DNA of 64,000 nucleotides, taken from contig NC_092670.1 of NCBI RefSeq assembly GCF_964355755.1, forward strand, positions 18,028,795-18,092,794. The letters are read 5' to 3'. The notes beneath the pieces were generated by a model, which worked only from the letters and a program-made list of their open reading frames with translations, did not search any database and was not told the origin of the DNA. Of the stretch, positions 14,301 to 29,300 are shown in pieces (within the stretch, counting starts at the first letter, position 1; each line of letters opens with the position of its first letter). Source of the stretch: Antedon mediterranea (Eukaryota; Animalia; Echinodermata). The translations under genes and the position numbers were made by a program.

Positions 14301-17300
14301 GTAATATGCACAACTTGTTTTAAAACTGAAGGATTACATGTTCTTATGTTAAACCGATTTGATATGTTCGCTAATCTTGACTTATAGCTGCAACAAACTG
14401 TTATAGTTATAAATATTTATATAAAGTATTGCTGATTGATTTTCTTACAACCAGCTGATGTAACTTAACATTCAACTTTTGTTAACTTTTAACAGATCAT
14501 TTAAAAAAAACCAGTTAATTTGACGCAGGCACCAACTTGGAAAATTTAAATTAAAAAAAAAAATAAAATGTTTGATTTTATGAAAGTGTAGCCAAGCAAG
14601 GGAGCATGCAATAATTGTTTTTAAAATACATTAAATTATAAACAGTACTATTAAAACTATTATTAAATTTGTGGTATCTAAATTTAAAACAATGGACACA
14701 GGGTGCTATCCAGACGACAGTAGCAAAGCCAAAAATAGAATTTTTGTTTTGCCTTTACTTTCCAAAATATAGTCTAATGATAAAGCCTAAAAAATATATA
14801 AATAAATTATCAGGATGAATTAGTTTGTTTCATAGTAGAAGGTAATGGGACAGTCAGTGTAATAATGTAGACAGGGGAGAGAGCACTGACATGACCCTTA
14901 AGCTCTGTCTACACTATCAAACTAGTTTGACAAAAAAAAGTATAGTAGTGATATGCCCAAGTGATATGACATCATCATGTCCATATATGGGCACATCACA
15001 CATTTTTTTGTTACACAAAGTTTGATAGTGTAGACAGAGGTTTAGAGGAGAAGCTTTTAGTTGAAAAGCAAAACATCTAAGTCCACAGCAAGAATTTGTA
15101 AGAATGATGCAACACAAATTTAAATCTTACATTACATTGCATTATGAACTCTAGTGAAAACCAAGCTTAAACATTTAAGGTAAAGTCATTCTAGACATTA
15201 AAAGCACATTTCAAATAAAGGCATCATCATAATATATAAATATTAATTTCTAAACACCAAATTTGTTATCATAACAATAATGATCAAATAAAATTTTTTT
15301 CACAAAAAGCAAGGACATATCTGCAACAATTTAATTTAGATGATCTACTGTACCGCGTTGTGATTGGTCAAATTACTAGTGTTGCGTGTACGTCCTTCTT
15401 GCATCCTAGTAGGACCAAGCTTAAGCCTAACTACTCACAGCTGTATATCAAAGTATTATTTTCCAGATTGCAAATAACACAATAGTATACAATACAACAC
15501 ATAGTAAATTGATATAACCTTCGATTAAACAATTACGGATCAATCAATGTAAATGTTCACACCATGTTGCATTTAATTAATAAACATTAGGATACCATGT
15601 CAAAATTACTCTACTGCAGTTACTGCAGTAACTACATTTTGTTTACTTTTAACCCGTTTATGCGATGGTTTTGCAAGCCTTTTTAGGTGAGAAACGGGGA
15701 AGGGGGGAGGGTGGTGGAGGAGAAGTAGATCATACACACAGATTGCAATGAGTGCCTCAACAAACTAAAGTCATTATTATATTATTGCAGAAATAAAAGT
15801 AGTTACTGCAGTATCAAATGCATTATAATAATTTTAAGAGATTATCTCTAAACAGTGCCTTTAAAAATGTTATTATTGAGAGAAATAAATGTCAATTAGA
15901 TTTATTTAATAAACTAGATATTTAATTGCTAAAATTGTTTATTTGTTAATATTCTATATAAACAAAAAATCCAACAGACAATAATTCAAAAAATATACAT
16001 TTGAAAAAAAAAATGATTTATTCTGCAGATGTGATTGGTTTAATTAAATTAACAATGCTGTTAACAAAAACAGTAACACCATCTTGTAAAATTATTTTGA
16101 TTAATTAAAATTGGTTTATTAAAAGAGTCATTCATGCTAACAAAATGAGATGTAAATAATATACAGTATGCATTTTATTAATTTCCTGTCAACTAACTGA
16201 AATCTATCTATTATGAATTTTTGTGTAAATTTGTAAAATGTTTCCTACAATAAAAACCTATAAAATAATTATATGATATTATCTAATACAGTATTCTTTA
16301 TGTATGATTTAATGTTTGTTAGATGTCAACCAATTCTTTATCCATGATGTTGCTGCAAGTAATTTGTTTCATTTGTTACAAATTTAGAAACTGTTACATA
16401 ATTGTGGTTTTATGTAATGCTTCAATGTGAACCAACTTAGAGAATGTTACATCATTTTATTATTAGCAATGTTTCAATGTGAACCAACTTAGAGAATGTT
16501 ACATCATTTTAATATTAGCAATATTTCAATGTGAACCAACTTAGAGAATTTTACATCATGTTATTATTAGCAATGTTTCAATGTGAACCAATTTAGAGAC
16601 TGTTACATAATTTTATTATTAGCAATGTTTCAATGTGAACCAATTTAGAGAATGTTACATTGTTTTATTATTAGCAATGTTTCAATGTGAACCGATTTAG
16701 AAACTGTTACATCATTTTATTATTAGCAATGTTTCAATGTGAACCAATTTAGAGACTGTTACATCATTTTATTAATAGCAATGTTTCAATGTGAACCAAT
16801 TTAGAGACTGTTACATCATTTTATTATTAGCAATGTTTCAATGTGAACCAACTTATAGAATGTTACATCATTTTATTATTAGCAATGTTTCAATGTGAAC
16901 CAACTTAGAGAATGTTACATCATTTTATTATTAGCAATGTTTCAATGTGAACCAATTTAGAGACTGTTACATAATTTTATTATTAGCAATGTTTCAATGT
17001 GAACCAATTTAGAGAATGTTATTGTTACAATGTTTTATTATTAGCAATGTTTCAATGTGAACCGATTTAGAAACTGTTACATCATTTTATTATTAGCAAT
17101 GTTTCAATGTGAACCAATTTAGAGACTGTTAGATCATTTTATTATTATTAGCAAGGTTTCAATGTGAACCAATTTAGAGACTGTTAGATCATTTTATTAT
17201 TAGCAATGTTTCAATGTGAACCAATTTAGAGACTGTTACATCATTTTATTAATAGCAATGTTTCAATGTGAACCAATTTAGAGACTACATCATTTTATTA

Positions 17301-20300
17301 TTAGCAAGGTTTCAATGTGAACCAACTTAGAGAATGTTACATGATTTTATTATTAGAAATGTTTCAATGTGAACCAACCAAAGGCCAATTTAAACAGATG
17401 AGCGGTAACGGTAAGCACGGAAAACCATGTATGTCACCACCTAGAACCTGTATTTATCCTGAGCGGAAACCGCCCATCCACTCTGTATTATGTGTTTGGA
17501 CACAACAAATTGATTGACGAAACTATATTTCTATTACGCTCTGTTCCATAATTTTATTAAATGTCAGAACTGTATTTATTTTTGTCACAATTTTTGCCAA
17601 AACCAATACATTATTTAAAAGTAAATTTGATTAATAACTAATTTTGTGCAAAAATAACATTTCTAATTTTCAATGCCTATTCTTACAGCATCAATAAGGT
17701 TTGATTTTATTGAGAAGTTTGACAGGTAAAGATTGGCATGTCCAGGTCCTAGGTTTGATTTAGGCAGATGAATTATTGAGCCCAGGGCCTCAGTTCAATT
17801 TAAGCTCATGATTATTATCATTAGTGAAAGAACAAGACTAACAAAATAACATCAGATGTAGTTTGCCATCATAATGATAGATTATGGTGGGTTTGGATGG
17901 AAAATGTTCATAAATCAATGCTACATAAAATGTAGCAGTGTCATATTGAGAAAAAAAAATGAAAATGTCTGTGTTCAATATCTTTATGATATTGCAATAA
18001 AATATACAATTAATAATAATAATTACTATTATTATTTTGTGGAATTTCAATGTTAATAGAGCCTTCCTATAGAGTATCACGGTGTGACGTCACAACGATA
18101 GAGGGCGCTGCAAGGTTGCTAGCCAACCCAAAAATGTGTTCAACGCTACTATGTTGATAAACTGTAAAGATCTAATTTCTATCAAATTATGTATCTTAGC
18201 TTGATTGTTTTTAGCTGAAACTGTAGTTGAAGAATAAATAGATTATTAAAAACAAATATTTAGTGATCTTTTGAAATTTCAGTTGGTTTTTATTGAAAAA
18301 TATTAAGTTTTAAAATGACTACTTCAATAAGCCTATTCCAAAGCATTGGTGACCTTAGAGTCACTAAGGCAGGTTGAACGCATTTTTGCGTCGTGAGGTC
18401 ATCACTGTGATACTCTATGCGTACAGTATCAATTATCGTTTCAAAGAACAAGATGAGAGTCAGAAGAACACATCAATGTCTAGGTACATGGCACCATTCA
18501 AGGAAAGTGGTTATATAACATGATTTTAAAATAAATCATTTAAAAAAAACTATCCATAATTTGTACACAATGGATTTAACAAATTCAAATTTACTGCATA
18601 TCTCGACAAGACGATAAAAGACTTATTGATGTCCAGAGACACTGCACTATAAAAAGAAATTGTATTGTAAAGCAATTAAACTTGGAAATAGGTTTTAAAC
18701 GGCAAGACGTCGATGAAAGTAATAATTGAGGTTTGAGTGCTAAGTCCATTGGGAATTTCACATTAATTAACTATCATTCATTCATGTTTGCATTTTAATG
18801 TTTTTTATATACCAAATGAACTGTATTACAACACACCTAACTTTATCCTTGTCATTTGATTGGTTGATTTCGTATCACATACTGTGCATTTCTTTGTCCT
18901 ATTTCAACGAATGAAGGTACTATTGCACGGTCGTCTTTGTGCAATGCGCTTAGGCTGGTGATCCATTAATAAAATACTAACATGTATTGTGCGCTATAGT
19001 ATGTGCCCAAAATATGGGAGCTGCCTTTGTGAATGGCCTACAGTACTAGCCTTTCACAATTACAAATTAATTCAATACCAAATAGCATGTGTGAGCACTG
19101 TTACACTATCAACCTTGACAAAAAAGTGTGATGTGCCCAAATATAGTAGTGATATGACATCATCGTGTCTATATATGGACACATCGCATTTTTTTCGTCA
19201 CATAAAGTTTGATAGTGTAGACAAAGCTTTATAAAGTAAATCAGCTTTTGTATTTTTTCAATAGTGATAATATTTACATATTTTGAAATCCTGATTCTTC
19301 CAGTCATTGAATAGAACATTAAATATTTCAACTGTTATACCATTAACTGAAGATTTTTGAAATGGTGATGGGTACAGATATAGGGTTACAATGCTTACAG
19401 TAACTCTATACTAAATGCCAGTGGTATATATTTGATTTGATTTATTTCAAAATGTACAATTATAATAATGTAACAACATGCAACAAGTTGTCTAGCCTGA
19501 TGGTCTCATGAAATTGAAAGTGTTTACATTTGTTATAGAAATGTTTGCTACTGCACGTTTACATGTGTACACAGGGCATTAAAACGTTAGGAATTGTACT
19601 GGGAAGGTTTTAAACTACTGAGTGAAAGGGTTGAGGCTACTATGGGGCAGGTATCTTTACTGGTCTTGAAAGAGATAAATTCTTAACTTTTTTTATCTAA
19701 ACTTTTCATAGTATTTTGATTATAATCTTTTACACTTACTGGTATACATTTTACCATTTTCGTCACATTACAAAACTACTTGATTAAGCTCCACTCTTTT
19801 GGTTTGACTTGGTTTTGAAATTGTTAATATTAATTGTGTTATTAGACAAATAAATGAAATGAAACAAAACAACCAAGGAAAAAAGAAGTAGTAGAAGAAG
19901 AGGAAGACAAAAAAAAGAAATACATCAAGTGACATTTGGAAACATATAATTGGACAACAATGGCGTCAGATGAGAACAAAATGGAAACTGTAGAAGGGGT
20001 TCACACAACTGTGGGTGAAAAAATGTGATGATGATGATGAGATGATGATGATATGATGATGATAGGATGATGATGATATGATGATGATAGGATGATGCTG
20101 ATATGATGATATGACGATGATGAAATGATGATGTTGATATTATAATGATAATGATGATATGATGATGATAATGATGATGATAATGATGATGATATGATGA
20201 TGTTGATATGATGATATGACAATGATGAAATGATGATGTTGATGTAGAAGATGATGAAATGATGATAATGTAGATGATGATGATATGATAATGATGATAA

Positions 20301-23300
20301 TATGATGATGATAATGATAACGATGATGATATGATGATGATGTTGATATGATGATGATGATAATGATGATGATATGATGATGATATGATGATGATGTTGA
20401 TGTAGATGATGATGATATGGTGATGATAATGATGATGAAAGGATGATGCTGATATGATGATATGACGATGATGAAATGATGATGTTGATATTATGATGAT
20501 GATGTAAATAATGATGAGATGATGATAATGTAGATGATGATGATATGAAGATGATAATGATGATGATATGATGATGTTGATGTAAATGATGATAAGATGA
20601 TGATAATGTAGATGATGATATGATAATGATAATGTTTACTTTTAGTTCTTTTATGTTACTATTTATGATTGATTCAAAATTAACTGTCAGTTTATAATTG
20701 GATTTAGATTCTTCCGACACTTTGACAAATATTTAGTGAATAAACATAAATATTACATTATGACTACACATATTATTCACAGTCTGTTCTGTCCTCTTAA
20801 TATTAATAGGATAAGAAAATATGAACAAATCAATGTTCTTGACTTTTTATCGCTTTCTCCCGTTTCTCATTTTTGCCATTTTACAATTGAGTTTTTCATA
20901 ATTTCCTAGTGGTTTAGAGTTTCTCGTTCTGATTAAAATTAAAATTGCATAATCCTTGCTAGGCATAGTATCATTTACTAATACAGCATACATGTAATAT
21001 GAACATACTTTAAATGTAAAGCTTTTCAAAATTCATCAAAGAACTTGTGGAATACAAGGACAAGAGGCACTTTATTGCAGTCATTCTACGTGGTTTAATG
21101 TTTTAATTACTATCAACTCTCTCTATATATTTTGTATATTATAAGAGAGAGTTTATACGTTTGTTCGTTATACACATTTTTCCTACAGCATGCATCCATA
21201 CATAAGAGGTACCAAAATGACTTTTTGTAGAATTAAATAATTTGCTAAAAATTGCTTACTTGCTAGTTTTGGGGGTTTTTTTTCTAGTTACATTCTAGAA
21301 AAGGTTTGCTAGTTTGTAGCCCTGATTGATTGTTGAAATGTACGACGCTGATACCCAGGTAAAATTATTGAAAATCTACGGAAAAGACTATATTTTTAGA
21401 AAGAAGAAGAAATGCTTTAATTTACAACATTTATCGTAAACGTTTTTGGTACTTAAGAATGCTCTTTGTAAAACTATCATCATTAACTTTCTGATTAGAT
21501 AGAATGCTGAGTTACATAAGCATCTTACAACCTACACTTGACCGTTTATTTTCATGTTTGTTTAAAACTGAATCATGAATTTATATTGCTGATTGCTCTT
21601 ATTGTCAATTCACAAATCTCTACAAACATGTACATCGCATCAAGATTACTTGTAAAGATTTGTTTGAAACGTTAACATTTATTTTAAACATACAATTTAA
21701 ACTTAATGAATTTCTTTATAATTTTAAAAACTAATGGAATTCATCGTAAAAAATAAAAATGCTTACCTTGAAAACTATCTTCAGAAAGTCTATGGTATTC
21801 AATAAACGATGCTGTCTGTACGCAAGGTCTGTGAAATGTTAAACAAAATGTCTGTAAAAAGCTGTAGAGATTTACAGTTTATTGTTAAACGTTAATTGTG
21901 CAGAAAAAATCTATCAATAATATTATCAAAAAGTTGAAGTAGAACTGATTCAATGCAACCCTCGTGTCTAAACGCATTCTGAGCAAGTTAGATGAATATA
22001 AATGATTTTAGAAACATTTTAAGAACTGGAATCACTACCAACACTCAGTTGAATGTAAGCTCCGCCTCTTTGTGGGAGGAGCCACCAGGATTACTTATTG
22101 TGATTGGTGATCTGTACAACAGCATAAACTTATATTACACTTTCAACAAGGGGTTTAAAAAACGGGAATTAATCTATAGGGGTTGCTAATGGTTTTCATC
22201 TACAAACGTGGAGCAGTAGCAATGCTTTATAAATAGTGCATTCACTTTGAAGAGTTCCTAATGCTTTTAAATAGTGCACTCAAGGATCCAACAAGCTTCT
22301 AATAGTAATTAGTGAACTGGTAAATTGTGCATTCATATAGCGGCTAGAGTAGGTCTAGTAAAAAATATACTGTAGTGAAATAAATGACACTATTGTATTT
22401 AAAGGGCCTTTCTTTGCCACAACCATTGGTACTGACAGGGTTTAAAACATGCTCATTAACTAGTATGTCAATAATAGCACTGAAAATTGTATTAATATTA
22501 GCTAGGCTAGCTCTGTAAGTAGGCTATAGTATGCTGGCACTAGTAGTAGTGCCCTCTAACAACCATATACTTGTTATGAACCTTGTCATTGTAAAATATT
22601 GCACAATGATTCACGTCCACTGGTCATATTGCGCAATATCAGAGACCTATGCTGGCCATAAAAAGAGACATACTGAACGAACTGCCCAACCCGTATCCTA
22701 CTGGGTGCAGATTGTTATGACCCACTTCGCCTCTCCCCTCCCACTCTCTCCGATTCCAGTGAGTAAATGTTGAACGACCCAATGTTATTTCTCAGTTTAA
22801 ATAGGTGTTTTAACTGACAAGATCAGCAGATTGCATGATAGACAATTTTCTGCCAATCAAAATGGTGCAGGACAGCTCGCCGTATGTCCATTAACAGGTC
22901 AATACTTGATCTGAAAAGTGGACCTCAGACATGAGAAGGTCAGACATGACCCATAGGACCAGAAGGCAGTATTTACTGGATTTAAGACCCTAACAGGCAT
23001 GTCCATTAACCCAAAATACAGATGTCATCAACTGATGAGGGGTCAGGCATGACCCATAGGACCATAAGGCAGTATTTACTGGATTAAGACCCTAATAGGC
23101 ATGTCCATTAGCCCAAAATACAGGTGTCTCCAACTGATGAGGGGTCAGGCATGACCCATAGGACCAGAAGGCAGTATTTACTGAATTAAGATCCTAACAG
23201 GCATGTCCATTAGCCCAAAATACAGGTGTCATCAACTGATGAGGGGTCAGACATGACTAGTCTGTAATAGGTAAACTTTTGTTCATAGGTTTCATGTATA

Positions 23301-26300
23301 ACAAATCAATTAAATCATTATTATCTAAATACTGTATTAAACTATGAATTAACTGAAATGTATAGTAATCTGTATATAAAATTTGCCATGGTTTTTTTCT
23401 CTCTTTAAAACAACACAAATAAAAACATTCACTTGTTTTGGTAACGGTTTTTTTTTTCATTCATTAATAATCTATGATGTATGTATCAATCAACATTCTG
23501 ATTAATATTACATACAGCTTATAAATCAATGGTAAATGCAAAGAGTTGAAGGTTACTTTATATTTGATTGCAAAGGTTAGAAATTCAAGTATACATAACA
23601 CTAATTGAAAAAGAGCAACACAGCTATAAAAACAAAAGAAATTAATCACAAAGAAAGAAAAAAAAAAAAACCTGAAGGAATGACAAGCTAAAATTATCAT
23701 CAGAAAAAGTTATCATCAGGGTTGTTTTGATAAAAACAATTTTAATAATCATAAAATGTTATGAAAATGGCATTGAAATATTCCAGTGGATTTGAACATT
23801 GACAATATAATAACAAAGATTAATATTTCAATTTGTATAACATTTTAGAGAAATACACTCATACTTTTACAAAAAACAAAACACCAATCAGTATGGGATG
23901 TTGTTTACTTTTACCTGTTATTTGTTAAGGTCTGCTAGTTGGACAAAAAAGTGTGATGTGGCCAAATATTATAGTGATATGACATCATTGTGTCCATATA
24001 TGGGCACATCACATTTTTTGTCATATAAAGTTTGATAGTGTAGACAGAGCTTTATGAAATGATTTAGCAACTTGGGGTGGTGGAAGTGACTCATAAACTT
24101 GTAAATTTAAACAAAAAAAAATCATAAATCATTTCAGTATAAAATGTAGTGCAGTAGAATAGCTTCGACATGAACTTTAAGCTTGGTTCCAACTATGACG
24201 CAATGTAAGGAAGTAACCGCAACGCAAGCAATTTGACCAATCACGATCATTTTTTAAGCTACTGAATGTAAAACAACGATTGATGAGTTAATAAGGGTAT
24301 ATCCGAAAAGCAAATTCTTAAGTACAACGAAAAACAGATGTAAAATGTTTTGACATCTTTCACAACTAACAGATTATAATGTCACTTACAATTTCTGAAA
24401 ACATACAGAGGATTGTAAAATAAAGATTTTGTTTTAAAAAGAGTAAAATATATTTAACAAAGTGATGGTTAGCCATCTTGATTTTCAATGAAATTAAGGA
24501 TGTGTGAATTTGCATTAAGTGATGAAGTCAGGAGACAGCAAGTCAAACACACACTACCTCGGTTAATTTCATTTTGTGAAACTCTATCATATTCAGAATA
24601 TTTAATGTATAGCATTTCAGCCCAAATCATTTTGTCATCTTACATCTTATTCTGGTCACATGACTGATGACAGAAAATATATATATATAAGCACTGTGAT
24701 TTCCATTATATTGGATAATAAGGAGGATATATCTGTACAATCAAACATTTTTTTTTCCTTGTTTTTTAGAGGTTTTTTTCTCAATAATTTGTCAGTTTCT
24801 ACGTACAGCACTCGGAGGTCTCATCACACTATATAAATCCAGGATATCATTATTATTACAGTATAATTAATTTTGTAGAGGGAAAACCCCTATTTTCCAC
24901 TAGAACAGTGAATAAAGTAAAGTTTACTTGACTGTGTATTTTATTGATTAGTATATGACTTTTCAAATTTAAAGGACTAAAATTGCAAAGTAAAGCATCA
25001 AGTAAAGCTACAATAACCACTAATGTGTTATGAAAGTGAATGCAAATCCACAAAAGCTACAGCTATAAACAGCACATTACAGATAGACATTAGAAAGTTT
25101 TTAATAGTAACTTCCTGATTTTGAACTTGAATCAATTAAGAATTTGCGTTGGTGTATACAGACAATCAATAAAACTGAGGTAAGAAAGGCGTTTAATAGT
25201 CACCATGAAATGTTGAAAAACTGTACAATTATCTCCATTGGAACCATATTTTTGCATTGGAACTTCTTTAGAATGCTCCAAATTTTTAATTACATCTAAT
25301 TTATATATTGCATATGTGACTGATCTAGAGAAAAAGTGACTTATGTCATCATTATTATATAATAATCTATAGCTGCATAAATGTGGTTTACGGCATATTA
25401 TGCAGGGAATCTTTGATTGGTTGTTTTATTCAAGTGTATGGCTCGACCCGGCTCGATGTGCAGTGATGCCTTCTATTGTATTTGCAGTAAATCAAGATCC
25501 TATCTTGCATAGGCCTATATTATAAATAATTTCTGAGAAAATCAATCAATCAATATATCTTTAAAATTTAAATCAATGCCTATAACCTATAATTTGTTGT
25601 CATAGTGACGAACTAGTTTTTATTTTTATATTGTATAAATGTTGAACAACATCCAACCTTTTTGAAAAATAATCTAAATTGGTATTTACTTTTTTATACT
25701 AAAAACCAATAAGAGAAGAAGTTAGAACAAGATGATGGAAATGGATTGGTAAAACACAAAATACGATTTGATTGGCTTAATGTTAGTGACAGTTATTTTA
25801 AAAAGCTGTGTTAATTGAAACAGAAAATGGCATTGCCCTTGACAGCACTTGTCTGTCTGTCTGTCTGTCTGTGTTTAAAAATGTTAAATCTACAATAAAA
25901 ACAGCATTCTTCTAGTTTGACAAAAAATTAGTGAATTTCCATATTTAAATAACAGTAGTGATGACAATTTAATTATTATTGAGTATATATATATATATAT
26001 CAGGAGGGTATGCGGACATCCTAATGACGCTTCCTGATGAGCGACGCGCAAATAAATCAAACATTTCTAGACGACTGCTTTTCAGTAAGCGTCTACACAT
26101 GGTCGTAGTCCCCATACCGTCCTATTACATAAACTCACTAATAAATAATTGTATAATTAATATCATTTGTATATGGAAATCTACAACAAACCTTAATTTA
26201 TGAAAACATATTGATGATTATTACTAATGACAAGGATGTCTGGGTTGAAGTCTGGAGCCACCATTAATGTAAGTTCTTATTTTTTTCAATATTTGCTAGA

Positions 26301-29300
26301 CATACAATAAACAATATTAATACACATATTTTAGATTTCCTGCCCCCCCCCCCCCCCCAAATTTTAACTTATAAGTTTGTTGACATTCCATGATCTAATT
26401 TGATCCATATGATCTTCAGATCTGTATAAGGTCATTGACCTGATTGATGTGAAAAATTGTGTTTTTTGTACACTTAATTATACGAATAAAATTATCTTAA
26501 TGAGAAAGGAATATTAGGATTCTCTAAATTTGTGTGTAATTTTTAGTTGACTCTACAGCTCACTATGTCGATCGTATGGTCGGTCGGTTGGTCGGTAAAC
26601 ACTAACTCAAATTTGAGCATGCGACTGCAGCCATGTATGTGGCCTTGTTTAAAAGGTTCTGAAGAAATAATCATTTTAGTATTTTTTTTCAATTTGATGA
26701 CCTACGCGTCAATGTTTTTGTCAGTTGTTACCTAAAATCTGCTAAAACTGTATAGAGAAATAGAGTGCACGTTCCAACTGTTGGGATGAGATGAGTTGTT
26801 CGTAGGTCGTTGATCGTCGCAACTCAAAAGCTCCCTATTAATCTAGCATAGGTAATCCAATACATAGTATGTTTACTATTCATTAATTGCTATTAGAAAT
26901 TGTTATACTTTCTTTAATTGGGTAAAGTTTGCTGAATCCAAAGTAATTAGTAAGGGCTTAAAACTGTTTCTATGTTCTGTATCTAGATTATTGTACTGTA
27001 CTACTACTGTATGACTTTATAGGGCTTAACATCTATCCTAGTAAACTACAAAATAAAGTAGTAATTTGCTAGTAGATTCTTAAAGCCTTCTAGTTACAAA
27101 TTTCACAGCTAGCTGATGTTTTCCGATAGTTTAGTAAAGTTACTAGTTTGATAAAAAAGTGTGATGTGCTCAAATATGTTAGTGATATGCCCAAATATGG
27201 TAATGATATGACATCATCATGTCCATTATGTGGGCACATCACATTTTTTTGTCACAGAAAGTTTGATAGTGTAGACAAGGCTTAAGGCTTAGTCTGTCAA
27301 TTTCTGTAAAGTTTATTTATATACCAAAAAACATTTGTTTTCTTGTGTGTGGCTTATTGTGTTGGTTAGATAGTGTAGAACTGGCAAGAGTTTACTAGTA
27401 CTATAGTAGATAAAAATAGTAAATTTCAAGCCCTGCCTCTAAGACAATTCTCAAGTAACTATAACCCTACTCTTAAGGAGGTAGTTGTCCAGGGTGTAGG
27501 TAATTATAATTCTACAAGATAGTTGTCCTAAAGGGACAGAAATCAGGGTTGTACTGGACAACAACTGACATCAAACAAACATATGACCTCAAGCACATCT
27601 GACATCAAACAGTGACCTCTGAATCAAACAGTGATCTTTGACATCAAACAGTGATCTCTGACATCAAACAGTAACCTCTGACATCAAACAGAGACCACTG
27701 ACCTAAAAATATAGTCCTCCAATGTATATTTAAAGTTTTTCAATTAACTAATAATGGATCTAGCTTGTTTGTATCCAACATTGTTTAGACCGATCCATTA
27801 AATTGATCATGTGCCCTGGGCAACATAACAATTCTTTTAGGGCTTATTGCTATAAGCTGAATAACAAATCCATGACAGACAGAATCAAATGAAGCTCAGA
27901 TTGGTCTTAAAAGCATTAAATGGAATTCTAAAAATAACAATCTTTCTTTTTCAATAAGAAAGTAATTCCAGTTTTATGTAAACAAGGTCTTCTGTACATG
28001 AAATCTATTATAAGCACAATTTTCTTAAATAAAAACGATGGATGTATACGACTCATTGGATGTTTGAAATTGCCGCAGTAATTCATACAAATTCATGTAA
28101 ACAGTTAAAATGTAATTTAATACGACTTACTTAGTAGTGATTAATGTGTATTCATTCCATTAAAAAAGATCAACATATTGAATCATTTCAAACATTGATG
28201 AGTATTTATGAATCTGAAGCTTTCCTGGGAATCAAGTAATCATGTAATATAAGGTAAAGCCCATCGGCTTCTCCTTTCTTTTTAGGATTCTAGGGTGGGC
28301 TTCATTTCGAGAAAGGCTCCTATTTAAGATGAACTTCTTATTTAAATTACCTTTGAAAACTAAAAAGAATGGCTTCTAAATGAAGCTACTACAAGAAGAT
28401 GCAATCAAAGTACCATTCGGAAAACAATAAACTATAAAATAAATGTACGAAGCATGATTGTTGAGATAATTAAGGGTTGTAGGTCATTACAAATTGATAT
28501 TTCAGACACGTTTCTTTCTTGAAAAGGAGCTCAGGATTGGATTCGAACCATGGAATAAAGAAAACCTATGGTCTTTCACGGTTCAGCCACTAATTTAGCC
28601 AACTGCGCTGTGCTGCTCTATTTATTTCATTACTGCACATAAAGACATATGAAAACAAAAAACAAAAACTTACAAATAAAGATGTCCAGCAATATCTCTC
28701 CGTCTATCTGTTCAATTGTGCAAAAAGCAGAAACTATTACTGTTTTAAATAAAATCAATGTTAAATGTCAAAACAATTGTTATTTACAATCACCACTAGT
28801 TAAAAGTTTTAGATATAGAAACATAGCAGATAAGAAGTATTAATACAATTATTATTATTACAAAAAACTGTACTCACCATTTTTTCTGTGAAACTTAAGC
28901 TTTGATGACATGGTGACGCGGAAATCTTTTGTATTACCTCCCTTGCCGATTTGACCGAAGTCTTTCAGGAGAAAAGCGCATTTCTAAACCGTAATTTTAC
29001 GAATCTCGTGCTACAAACCATCTTATTATAATTACGTAAAAAGTACAGGACAAATTTTTATCCAAATGTGCCTCAAAACAAATTGTGGAGGTTACCAATG
29101 TTTTCCACAAAGTGCAAAAATCAGAATGTTTGTTACAAATATTCGAAAGGAACCTACCATTAGGTTTTGGTTTCTCTTGCTTCGGTTTCTCTGGTTTCGG
29201 GTCAGCTGCTCGCATTAAACGGAATAGTTCATTGTCCTCTGCTGACTCTTCATCCTTTGTCAGTTCGTTACCCTCGCTAGATTCAATTTTTGGCTTAGAT

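Noticed and set aside
16420-17378. 52-bp array as a CRISPR array
   Set aside because: The units are contiguous with no unique spacers, there are no cas genes, and the DNA is eukaryotic.
20001-20720. 239-aa His/Ile/Ser-rich ORF
   Set aside because: It is the translation of a (GAT)n microsatellite.
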